Of a stretch of DNA of 64,000 nt, positions 1 to 11,947 are shown in pieces. A program made the position numbers and the translations under genes. Position 1 is the stretch's first letter. The number at the start of each line of letters is the position of its first letter. Source of the DNA: the human T2T-CHM13v2.0 reference genome, Homo sapiens. The notes beneath the pieces were generated by a model, which ran no database searches, had not been told where the DNA came from, and saw only the letters and a list, made by a program, of their open reading frames with translations. The DNA lies in NCBI RefSeq assembly GCF_009914755.1, contig NC_060929.1; one strand, 5' to 3'.

Positions 1-1800
1 GTTTTGTTTAAGTACTTTCTTACTTCCGGCATTAAGCTTGAGTCTTTTTATTGGAAAAGGGTATGAGAAAACAAGATCTGGGTGAAAGAGGTGCTTGTTG
101 CTATTGGGGTGTTATGTTTTCTAGTCCCTCTAAGCCGACACTGTTATCTTTGCATTTCCATTTGGGAAATTTCTATTGACCTGTCTTCAGCAAATTCTTC
201 AATTCTTGATAAGCATTTTTGACAGTCCATTTTTTTGTTGTTAGCAGAATACATGAAACTAGATAATTTATAAAGAAAAGGAATTTATTTCTTACACTTA
301 TGAAGGTGGAGAAGTCCAAAGTTGACAACTCACATCTCATGAGAGCCTTCTTGCTGGTGGAGACCATCTGAAAGTCCAGAGGCAGCACAGGCATTGCCTA
401 CTGAGGAGGCTGAATGTACTAGTTCAGGACTCTCTTCCTCTTTTTGTAAAGCCACCGTCTCACTTCCATAACTTCTTAATTCATTAAACCATTAATCTAT
501 TAATTCATGAATGGATTAGTCCATTTATGAAGGGAGAGGCCTCATGACCCCATCACCTCTTTAATGTCATACCTCATAATGCTGCTACATTGGGGATTAA
601 ATTTCAATATGAGTTCTAAAGGGAAAAATTATTCAAGCCATAGAAGTTTCCATTTTTCCACTTATGTTACCTATCTCCCTTGCATGTTGTCTACTTTCTC
701 AATTAGAGCCCATCACGAATTTCATCGGAAACTTCCAACATCTGTGTGTTATCTTTGTCTGGTTCTGACGCTTGATGTGTTTCTTCAGACTGTGTTTTTC
801 TTTCCCTTCATTATGCTTGCAATTTTTTTTTCTGTGTTGAAAACTGGGCATGTTACATCAGGTAAGAGGAGAGATAAATAGGAATTTTATGTGAAAATTT
901 AGACTATTCTGGCTAAGAGTTAGGCTGTATCTAACATTTGCTGTATCTGTTTATGTAAAAGGTTTAGATTTCTTAAGTATATTTGTTTCTGTCTTACTTC
1001 TTGAGCTTGGGCTTCCCAAATACTCCTCCTCAGAGAGAGTCTATGTCTTGCGGATGGCTTATCTGTACTTTCCTTTTACTACAGTGAAGCCCTGTTGCTG
1101 TGGAGGTATGTGGTGAAAGGCATAGCATTCAATAATCTTCTAAGTCCCAGTATTTTAGTGGGTCTGAGTCTTTTTTCTGTGACCTCCACATGTGTTTCTT
1201 AGTGGTATAGTTCTTCTCACCTTCTTACCCAACCCTATGACTCAGGGAGGTTAGAAATACTTAAAAGTATGAGGAAAGTCTTTCCTCAAAGGGATAGAGT
1301 TCTTGTATATTCTTTTGCCTTAGAGAGTAAGCCTTTGTAGTTCAAAATACTCAATGTACATTTTACAATGATAATCCTTCCCTCCTTCTGCCAGAGCCAT
1401 AAGGGGATCTTTGTAGGATTTCCACCTTGACAATCTGGTGTTGATCCCGCAAATAGAATCCAAAAAGTGTTAAGGTTTCTCTAAGACTGTGGCACCCTGG
1501 AATTTCTCACAGTCAGGCTAGTTAGTATACACTTGACCTCTGGAAATTTGTCAAAATTATCATATATATGTTCCTGCCTGTTTATGATATCAGTGGCTTC
1601 TGCTCCAGGTAAATATATCTCATCTATGACTCTGTTATATATTCACCTCTCCAAATTTTGGAGGGATGTTTGCCCTGTAACCTTAGATCTCTAATGGGTA
1701 CAAGAAAAGTGGTTGATTTATAGCTTGTCAAGCTTTTTCTTATTACGTGTACAGAAGTGATGACTTCCACTCTTTTTATATGTTGAAGCCACAACTAGCA
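1..1800 (-). mobile_element. Old L1M (L1MC/L1MD-like) 3' region fragments, interrupted by an MST LTR
   Basis: acaagatctgggtg...gtgcttgttgctattggggtgttatgttttctagtccctctaag resembles the L1MC/MD 3'UTR motif; boundaries approximate. Confidence 0.5.
218..645 (-). mobile_element. ERVL-MaLR solo LTR (MSTC/MSTD-like)
   Basis: taatttataaagaaaaggaatttatttcttacac...gagaagtccaa...ctcatgacc...ttggggattaaatttcaatatgag...attcaagccatag. Confidence 0.8.
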
Positions 1801-2471
1801 GTTCCTCTTCATTATTTTTTTACTTCTTATTCTCTCATAATCATCATTTTTTCTCTCTCTGAGAATATAACAAATTTTATTAAAAATTTGTATCTAGAAA
1901 TGTTACATAATGTTTGTGGTTTTAGGTCTGTTTTTATTCGTCTTACTGGACATACAGAAATCATATTTAATCTGATTTTTGCTTACCATTCAGCTGTGTA
2001 AAATTTTCCAACACTATGTTTTTTAGTATATTTTTCTTCATTCTCCCTCTTCTAATGTTTTGGAGCCCTTATGAAGGATTAAAGATCATTTAAAATATTC
2101 CCTTCTCTTATTTTTTGTGGCTTGTAGATGCTATTTATTTAGTGTAGACTGATGACAGAACTTCTGGAAAAGAGAGACATTGTCTAGACAGGTAAAGTAG
2201 GTCTCCAGCTTTTCTAGTTCCAGTGGAGCCTCTGCTTCTCTTGGTGTTCATAACTTAAATGAACCTATCCCTGCTTCCATAGCCCAAGTATGTGTAGGTC
2301 AAACACCTCTTCTTTGAACCTCTTTGAAGGCTTTCATATTTTCCATTTGTTTTCTCCTGAATTGGTTTCACATGATGGCTTTCTGTCCTGGACATTAATT
2401 GTCTGCCTGTCTTTCACGTATTCATTATATTCTGGTGTCCTGATGGGAATTCCTTTATACTCCAGTGATAT

Positions 2472-2690
2472 TCTTTTTTTTCTTTAAACATTTATTTTAG
2501 GCTCAAGAGATACATACACAGGTTTGTTACACGGGTAAATTGTGTGTCTTAAGGGTTTGGTGTACAGATAATTTTGTCACCCAGGTAATCAGCATAATAT
2601 CCAATAGGTAGTTTTTCAATCCTGTCCCTCCTCCCACACTCCACCCTCAAATAGGCCCCAAAATCTGTTGTTTCCTTCCTTGTGTCAACG
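2472..2690 (-). mobile_element. L1PA13-16-like 3' end fragment
   Basis: T-tract then caggtttgttacacgggtaaattgtgtgtc...gtcacccaggtaatcagcataatatccaataggtagtttttcaatcc. Confidence 0.8.
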
Positions 2691-4009
2691 ACATTCTAAA
2701 TCTTCTTTTTTTTTTTTAAGATTAAATTAGTTTTACCCAATTTTTACCTACAAATTTAAATCGTAGATAATTGTAGAAGTCTTTTTTCTTAAAGACAGCA
2801 TAGTAAAACTATGCAGTGAAACAGCTTTAGTGGCTTGCATTAATTGTTTGTTTAATTTAATCAGTCTTGTTGTTTATTGATAAAATACTTTGCAATATAC
2901 AAAAACAATGACCAAGAAGTGTACCATTTATGAACCTAAACATCATTTCCCATTACTCCTGGTATGTTTGTGACAAATTATGTTAAACTTATTAGTCACC
3001 TCAGATACTTGATACTTTGTGGTATAATCTATACTTATTAGGGCTGGAGAGCACTCTTCCTGAGGTGCCAACACTGAATTTATCACAGCTAAATCACAAT
3101 GTGTCAGTTGTATTATGATAATGAATTTCTTTATCTAGAATGTATTCCTGACCCAGACAATTAGTTACTCAATCAGCAATGTTTCTTGACCCCTAAGTAT
3201 AAGGAGGATTAATTCTACTCTGCATAGTGGGGAGTTAGAAGCAGATTTTCTTTCAAGTAGCAATGTACTCCAATTGTTAGGAAAATTATGCTCAGATGAT
3301 AAGTTTAAGTTGAGGAAAGGATATTCCTCTTCTAAAATCCTATGTCTGTGTGAACAATTCATTGAATTTACAGAGGGAACATAGTCAAAACAATTAAAAC
3401 TGTTACAGCATAAGAGCCAGCCAATCAAAACAAGTGTCTCTGATGCACCATACACAGGCAGAAACATGGCTAAATATCACTCATGTTTAGCAATAAAAGG
3501 AAAAAAGTCATATATATATAGGTAATGGGGATGGTAATAGTGTTTCACTATCTACTCAGGCACACACAATTTGCAGGCATTGGAAAAAATCTAAACCTAC
3601 ACTACCTATGTAACTAACTGAAAACACAAAGATTACTTTTTCCCAAACTTCCCAAACTCTTGAAAATAAAATTCATCCAAAAATATTTATTGAGCACTGT
3701 CTACTTTTGTAATGTGTCAAACACTGTGAAATATGCTTATAAGAGAATTCTAAATAGACTGTGTAGCAGTTTTCTAGGAGCTAACATTCTCTTAGATGGA
3801 GATAGGCTAGGCAAATTTATAAAATAAAAAAAATTATCAGATTGTATTAAATTCCATTAAAAAATTAAACGAAGTGATATGATCTTGCAGAAATAATTTT
3901 AAGATAAGTGTCCAGTAAAGTCACTTGCAAGTGAGAGTTGAGTAGTCACCATCTGAAGTTCTGTACACTTATTAAACAATGTAATTCTCACATAAATGCA
4001 GTCAGCTAA

Positions 4010-4130
4010 GCAATATTTTTATTCCCATCTTTCAGATGATGGAACAGAGGCACAAAAATGTCAAGTAATGTGCCCCAGGTCAGGGCACTCAGATCGTAGG
4101 TCTATGACCTTTATCACTATACCACACTGC
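4010..4130 (-). mobile_element. MIR fragment
   Basis: attcccatctttcagatgatggaacagaggcaca...aagtaatgtgccccaggtca matches the MIR core. Confidence 0.65.
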
Positions 4131-4564
4131 ATCTCCTGGTGAGAACTCATGAAAGTCTAAGATGATGAGACAGTTGACTACCTGAAAACATAATAGAATA
4201 AGTTTCTATTTAGAGATGACCATCCTTACAAAGCTAGAGGAAGACGTGGATGAGGAGTTGAGGTTGGAATGGGGTCCTGGTCCAAATCATGGAGAGCTTG
4301 CAGGGGATATTTAAAAAATATATACATATATAATTTACATTTACATATATGTGTATTTGTATATGTAAATATATATGACCAGATAATATGTTTTAAGAAT
4401 CTTTTGAAAAGTGATAAATAACTTCAAAATAAAGATCATTACTGCAATTTATATATACAAAGAGATTCTTAAGTCATAAAAACTTGTCATATTACCATAC
4501 GAAAGTATTGACTATTATACAGCAAATGAGATACTCTTCTTCTAAAGCAGTAAAAATATTGTTT

Positions 4565-4680
4565 ATAATAATAGCTAACATTTTTGAGTACTTACTCCAT
4601 GCCAAGCATTGCTGTTAGATGTTCTACAAGAAATATCTCACTTAATTCCATAAAACACCAGGAAGCAATACAATAATTTA
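4565..4680 (-). mobile_element. MIR fragment
   Basis: ataataatagctaacatttttgagtacttactccatgccaagca...atctcacttaattc. Confidence 0.6.
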
Positions 4681-5729
4681 CAGGACAAGATCTAATTTTG
4701 TCTCGATTAAAAGCCTCTGTTGTAGGAGTTCTTTTTTCCCTTGACAGTAGTGATTTTTATGTAGAATATCAGTAAGTTCTGCTAATCTGATTCCTGTTCA
4801 GAAGTTTAAAATTATTTTTAAAATAAAAATGTTACTTGTGTTACATATACTGAATAGAAAAACAGAATTCCTGGTATGACTTAGTTGAAATAGTTTAATG
4901 GATTGGGATTTTGTTAAGAAAAAAATTAGATGCATCACCGTTAGCCCATATCATCACCGTTTTGTTTCAACATTGTTAATTGTTTATATAAGAAGAGGAC
5001 ATCGGCTTTTGATTAGAAAACCTATCCTAAGTCTTTCTCATGTTTAGATTTTGACACTGGTTGTTCCTTATCTCTTTTTCTCAGTTTTTCATCTATACAA
5101 CTCACTGATCATTGCATCAGGTGATCTTATAAGGAAGCAGAAGGCAGGATGGGGAATTTTATCACAGACTGTTGCTTCCTCATGCAAGATCCACTCTCTC
5201 AGGAAGACGTGCTGAGAAAAATATAATTCATTTTCCTGGCAAACCTCTGGCCTCTGAGAAACCCTTGAGAAAACCGAAGCCTACTTCTGTAAGCGAGGCA
5301 GTCAGGGAGAAGTTGCCTCATAAAGCAGATGGTGGTCAGCTTGGTTATGAAACGATAAACTAAGGAGACAAATCCCAGCGATGTTTTACACTTACCTGTA
5401 TCTGACTTTGCTCTTGGACAGTCAATACCAATCCTGCCTGTTCCATTTTAGCAATCAGTGGAACTACTCTAGTCAGTTGTACAGGTGGCCTCAGGTGAAA
5501 ACTCAGGGCAGGACAAATATTCAGGAGATGAGACCTGGGGAAAACAGATGACAATGGACAAGTTACAGTCATTCCTTCATCCATCATCCTTCAATAAATG
5601 CCTGGTGAGTGGACTATGACTTAGCCAGTGCTTCCTCCCAATGCATCTCCAGAGGTTTTGAAGTTGAAGCCCTAAGCTTTGGAAAGGCCTAAGTTCTTAA
5701 ATTTTATTAAGTACTATTACTGCTTTCTC

Positions 5730-6805
5730 TTTTATTATATTTTAATGTCATATCTAAGAAATCATTATCTAGTGCTAAATCACACACATGATTAACGCTA
5801 AATCATGCTAAATCCTGCTATGTTACCTTCTAGAAATTTTATAGTATTAGGTTTTACATTTAGGTCTGTAATGCACTTTGAATTATTTATATGATTTGAC
5901 TTATGTATTGATTTTTTTTTTTGCATATGGATGCCAACTTGTTCTGACAACACATTACAAAAGAACTATTCTTTCTTCATTGACTAGGCTTTGCATCATT
6001 GTGAATAACAGTTGACTACATATAAGTGTATCTGTTCTGATTTTTTATTTTTATCTAATGTATTTGCTTATTATTAGGCCAATACCATCCAGTCTTTATT
6101 AACTAGTACTAGCTATACTATGTTTTGAAGTAGGAGACTGAAACTTTGGCAACATTTTTTGTGAAAGTTATTTTGGCTATTCTAAGTTATTTGCACTTGT
6201 ATATAGTCTGTTTTACACAGGTTTTTTAAAAAAATTCAAATTCCCTTTTACACCCATTTTTTAAAAAATATTGTTAGTTTTAAGTTTACTGTCCTGTAAT
6301 TTGTGACTTTACTGTCTGTACTTTGTTCCTTTTTCTTCTTATTTTTTAATACATTGACTAGGTTTCCTCCTAGTATATTTTTATTGTTGGCTTTAACTCT
6401 ATGTCTTGTTTTTAATGGTTGCTTTCAAGTTTACACATCTTTCATTTATCTAATTACCTATTTACCTTCAGGAACTATTATGCAATTTCACATATAAGAA
6501 TCTCTAAACATTATACTTTATTTCTCACTTGCCCGAATTCATGCTATCCTTGACAGACATTTTAATTTATATGTGTTATATATACCCAAATATATTATGT
6601 ATTAACTTGCTTTAAATTGAAAAATATCTTTTAAAAATAACTAAATAAAATTAAAATATCTTTGTTTCTAAAATTTATATTTTCAAATTTTGTCACACTT
6701 CCTTTCTCTATGTAGATGTACATTTTTCACATTTCAAAAGGACCTTTCTCAATATTTATTGTATTACAGGTCTGCTAATGTTAATATCTTTTATTTTTAA
6801 ATGTC
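5730..6805 (-). mobile_element. Old L1M (ORF2 end/3'UTR) fragments
   Basis: ttctagaaattttatagtattaggttttacatttaggtct, ttgcatatggat, ttttggctattcta motifs. Confidence 0.6.
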
Positions 6806-8650
6806 TGGAGCCAAGATGGCCACCTAGACCTAGCCAGGAAGGGCTTCTTCCACTGAGAGGGACTAAACCATCAATTAGACTGGCACATTCCAAAGAGACC
6901 TTCAGAAAGAAAGCATTGAGAGTGGACAGGAGGAGGATGCAGACTCTGGGATGAAAGGGGATGAATCTAGGAACCCTGCACGAGGTTGTCAAGCACAAGA
7001 ACTAGTTCCTCACCCTGAGCGGCTGCTGGGGAAAGGGTGAGTGGAATAGATATGGTTCACTCTGCCACAGACCTCTGGTAACCTAGGTAGAGGAGAGAGA
7101 CCCTATGACCTCCATGGAAATTTCAGCCGACAGGGGAAACTGCCTAGAGAGTTGGCAGAGACAGAACCCCAGCCTTCATGGAGGCCATGGGACTTGGCCT
7201 GGGAACAGCTGCAGTGGAGCATGGCCATAAGTACTCATTCCAGAAGGCTCACCATCATCTTCTAGGTGGCTTTAGCCTTTATTAGCTGTCTGACCAAAAC
7301 AGAGCAGGGCTATCTTACCTATTGGATGGACCCAGGCTGATTTGAGCACCCCTTGACTGCTGGTTTATCCCAGGGTTCCTGCCTGGCCACACCTGCTTGT
7401 AGCACAGCCTCAGCTGCCAGCTGAAGTGCTTGCTGGTGGCCCCCACTGGCAACCACATGTCCACAGCTCTTGCACTACCAGCATGCACTTGCCTGCAGCC
7501 TCCCATCCACTGCTTCACCACTGCACACGTGCTTCTCCATGTTGCTGCTGGCATATGTGAACACAGGGACTCCCCACAGCCCACTGCCTCCCCACCAAAG
7601 TGCTTTTTGCCAGAACCCCTCATCAAAATGTTGTTGCCAGTGGACTGGGAACAGCTCAGTCCCCGAAGTACAGCAGGTACTTAACTTCAAGGGGCTAGAG
7701 AAAAAAAAGCTATGGGCCTGGACCAGCCCCCAAGATAGAGCACACAGCCTAGGAGTGTTGAACTAAGCCTTGGCTCCCTGAAATTATTCAGAAATGAAGC
7801 CAATTGACTAAATCCAAATTAGACCACAGTCAAATCCTCAAGGGAATCAAAGAATATAAAAGCAAGATGTTCCATTCAAAAGATTAAAGTAACTTTAAAG
7901 ATTAAAGTAACATTAACCCCAACATATGAGAAAGAACTGTGCAAGATATCTGGCAGTTCTAAAAACCAGAGTATCTTCTTACCTCCAAAAGATTGCACTA
8001 GCTCTTCAGCAGTGACTTGTAATCAAAATGAAAAGGCTGATGTCTGGATGGCAATGAAGATCATCAAGATTATGAGAAAGTTGAAAACCAATGCAAATAA
8101 TCTAAGGAATTCAATAAAATGATACAAGAGCTGAAAGATGAAATAGTCATTTTAAGATAGAACCAAAGTAATCCTCTAGAGCTGAAAAACTCACTATGAG
8201 AATTTTGTAATACAATCAGAATTGTTAATACCAGAAGAGACCAAGCTGAAAAAAGAATCTAAGAGCTCAAAGACTGGTTATTCAAATCAACTCAGTCAGA
8301 CAAAAGTAAAGAAAAAAGAATTTTAATAATTAACAAAACTTCTGAAAAATATGAGATTATGTAAAGAGATCAAATCTGTGACTGGTTTGTGTCCCAGAAA
8401 GAGAAGGGGAAGAGCAAGACATTTGGCAAATATATTGAGAATACTGCCCATGAAAATTTTCCCAATATTGCTAGAGGAGTCAAGATGAAACTATAGGAAA
8501 TTCAAAGAAATCCAGTGAGATACTATATAGGATGACCACCCCCAAGACACATAGTCATCAGATTTTCTAAAGTCAATGTGTAAGAAAATACATTAAAGAC
8601 AGCTAGAGAAGAGGAGCAGGCCACATTTAAAGGAAACCCCATCAGGCTAA

Positions 8651-8980
<330 letters not shown>

Positions 8981-9413
8981 CAGCTGAAACATTTTAAGCC
9001 AGAAGAGATTGGGAGCTTATATTCAGTATCCTTAAAGAAAAGAAGTTCCCACTAAGAATTTTATATCCAGGCAAACTAAGCTTCAAAAGTGAAGCAGAAA
9101 TAAAATCCTATTAGACAAGAAAATGCTAAGGGAATTTATTACCACCAGACTGCCTTACAAGAGGTAGTTGAGGGAATGCTAAACATTAAAACAGAAGAAT
9201 GTAACCTGCCACCATGAAAACATGCTTAATACATAGCACACTGACAGTATAAAGCAACATCAAGTCTCCATAATAACCAGCTAACAACACAACGACGAGA
9301 TCAAATCCTCACATATAAATATTAACCTTGAACATAAAGCAGCTAAACACCCCACTTAAAAGACACAGAGTAGCAATTTGAATAAAGAAGCAAGATAAAA
9401 CTGTATGCTGTCT

Positions 9414-10080
9414 CTCCACATCCTCTCCACATCGATGTGGAGAAATAGGAACACTTTTACACTGTTGGTGGGACTGTAAACTAGTTCAACCATTGTGGAA
9501 ACCAGTGTGGTGATTCCTCAGGGATCTAGAACTAGAAATACCATTTGACCCAGCCATCCCATTACTGGGTATATACCCAAAGGACTATAAATCATGCTGC
9601 TATAAAGACACATGCACACGTATGTTTATTGCGGCACTATTCACAATAGCAAAGACTTGGAACCAACCCAAATGTCCAACAATGATAGACTGGATTAAGA
9701 AAATGTGGCCCATATACACCATGGAATACTATGCAGCCATAAAAAATGATGAGTTCATGTCCTTTGTAGGGACGTGGATGAAATTGGAAATCATCATTCT
9801 CAGTAAACTATCCCAAGGACAAAAAACCAAACACCGCATGTTCTCACTCATAGGTGGGAATTGAACATTGAGAATACATGGACACAGGAAGGGGAACATC
9901 ACACTCTGGGGACTGTTGTGGGGTGGGGGAAGTGGGGAGGGATAGCATTAGGAGATATACCTAATGCTAAATGACGAGTTAATGGGTGCAGCACACCAGC
10001 ATGGCACATGTATACATATGTAACTAACCTGCACATTGTGCACATGTACCCTAAAACTTAAAGTATAAGAATAAAAAAAA
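9414..10080 (+). mobile_element. 5'-truncated young L1 (L1PA3-like) inserted in the older L1 ORF2
   Basis: Near-consensus ORF2 C-terminus ([19 protein letters not shown]..., 9622-9864); 3'UTR ctaatgctaaatgacgagtt; perfect 17-bp TSD aaaactgtatgctgtct at 9397-9413 and 10081-10097. Confidence 0.95.
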
Positions 10081-10194
10081 AAAACTGTATGCTGTCTTCA
10101 AAAGACCCATCTCACATGTAATTACACCTATAGGCTCAAAGTAAAGGAGTGAAGAAAAACCTACTTATCTAATGTAAAACATTAGATAAGTTGC

Positions 10195-10907
10195 TGATAC
10201 ATTTGGGATATATGTTTCTACTCAAACCTCATGTTGAAATGGACTCCCTGATGTTGGAGGTGGGGCCTGTTGGGAGGTGATTGGATCATAGGGCAGATTT
10301 CTCATGAATGGTTGGCACCATCTCCCTGGTGGTGTCCTCATGATAGTAAGTGAGCTATCATAAGATCTGGCAATTTAAAAGTGTGTTGCACCTCCCCTTA
10401 CCCTTGTTCCTGCTCTGGCCACATGAGGTGCCTGTTTTCCCTTCACCTCCTGCCATGATTGTAATTCTCCTGATGCCTCTCCAGAAGCTGAGCAGATGCC
10501 AGCATCATCCTTTCTGTATAGCCTGCAGAAACATGAGCCAATTTAACCTCTTTTTTTTTTTTTTGAGATAGAGTCTCACTCTGTTTCACAGGCTGGAGTG
10601 TAGTGGCATGATAACCATTCATTGCAGCCTTGACTTCCAGGCTCAAGTGATCCTCCCACCTCAGACTCCTGAGTAGCTGGGACAACAGATGCATGTTACC
10701 ACTTTCATCTATTTTTGTATTTTTTGTAGAGAAGGGATTTTGTTATGTTGCCCAGGCTGGTCTTGAACTCCTGGGCTCAAGTGATCCCACCCTAGCCTCC
10801 CAAAATACTGGGATTACTGGCATAAGACACCATACCTCACCTCCCTTTTCTTTATAAATTACCCAGTCACAGGATTTTTTATAAAAATGTGAGAACAGCC
10901 TACTACA
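10195..10907 (+). mobile_element. MSTA/MSTB solo LTR (ERVL-MaLR), split by an AluJ
   Basis: tgatacatttgg...ctcatgttgaaat...gttggaggtggggcct...gccatgattgtaa...cttttctttataaattacccagtc...tactaca. Confidence 0.88.
10551..10841 (-). mobile_element. AluJ inside the MST LTR
   Basis: Poly-T; gttgcccaggctggtcttgaactcctgggctcaagtgatcc is J-type. Confidence 0.9.
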
Positions 10908-11435
10908 GATTGTTATTCTTATTTTAGACTAAACATACTTTAAACCAACCAGTATCAGAAAGTAAAAGAAAGTCACTACATAATGATAAAGAATTCCATT
11001 TAATAAGACTTACCTATCCAAAATATGTATGCACCCAACACTTTAGCACCCAGATTCAAGTTTTTAGAGATGTACAAAGAGACTTAGATAACCACACAAT
11101 AATAGTGAGAGACTTCAACACCCCATTGACAATGTTAGACAGATCACTGAGGCAGAAAACTAACAAAGATATTCAAAGTGTGCAGCCAACACTTGACCAA
11201 ATGGACCTAACAGGCATCTATGGAACACTGCACACAACAGCAACAGGGCATACATTCTTTCCATGTGTACATGGTGCATACTCTTAGATTGACCACACAC
11301 TTGGACATAAAGCAATTCTCAAAAATTTCATAAAAATAAAAATCATACCAACCACACTCTTGGACCACAGTGCAATAAAGATAAATAACTATGCCAAGAA
11401 GATCTCTCAAAACTGTAAAATTGCAAAGAAATTAA

Positions 11436-11947
11436 CCCTTTTCTGGTTGGCCCCAAGAATACTTGCCCACAGTGCTTGTGGCTTGGTGTTTGCCCTGAGA
11501 TAACTTTGCCATGAAATATTTCGCTTTTCTTCTTATTTTTGCATCACTCTTTAGTATATTGACCTTGGAAACAGAAGACATTGTTCTATTTTATAGCATT
11601 CTGGTTTTAGTAGTGGTATTTCCATGTATAAAATATGGTAATTCTTGATAGCTGAAAATATCAAATCCTAGAAAACACAGTATCCCTACACATGATATTA
11701 ACATTGTTCTAAAACAATTGGCCAAAGATTGATTTGATGAATCCATTTTTTTAAAAAATAAATGACTCCGATGATTCAGGTGATTTTGATGTTACTTCTG
11801 TTTAGAAATTACTCCAAGAGCAGTTTTTATATTTTATTTTCATATAGAAAATCTGTCAGATTTGCTTCAAACTCAAAGAGCATGTTTATGTAAAATTAAA
11901 TGATTGCAGACAGTGAGCTGCACTTATTTTTTTTAAATGGAAAAAGG
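11436..11947 (+). mobile_element. MER75 piggyBac non-autonomous DNA transposon
   Basis: TTAA at 11432-11435 and 11948-11951; termini cccttttc...gaaaaagg; interior matches recalled MER75 consensus (ccccaagaatact, gagataactttgcc, cagtttttatattttattttca, gtttatgtaaaattaaatga). Confidence 0.9.

Noticed and set aside
5770-7915. Short local duplications (gctaaatc x3 at ~5774-5814; aaagattaaagtaac x2 at ~7879-7911)
   Set aside because: Ordinary slippage inside decayed L1 sequence
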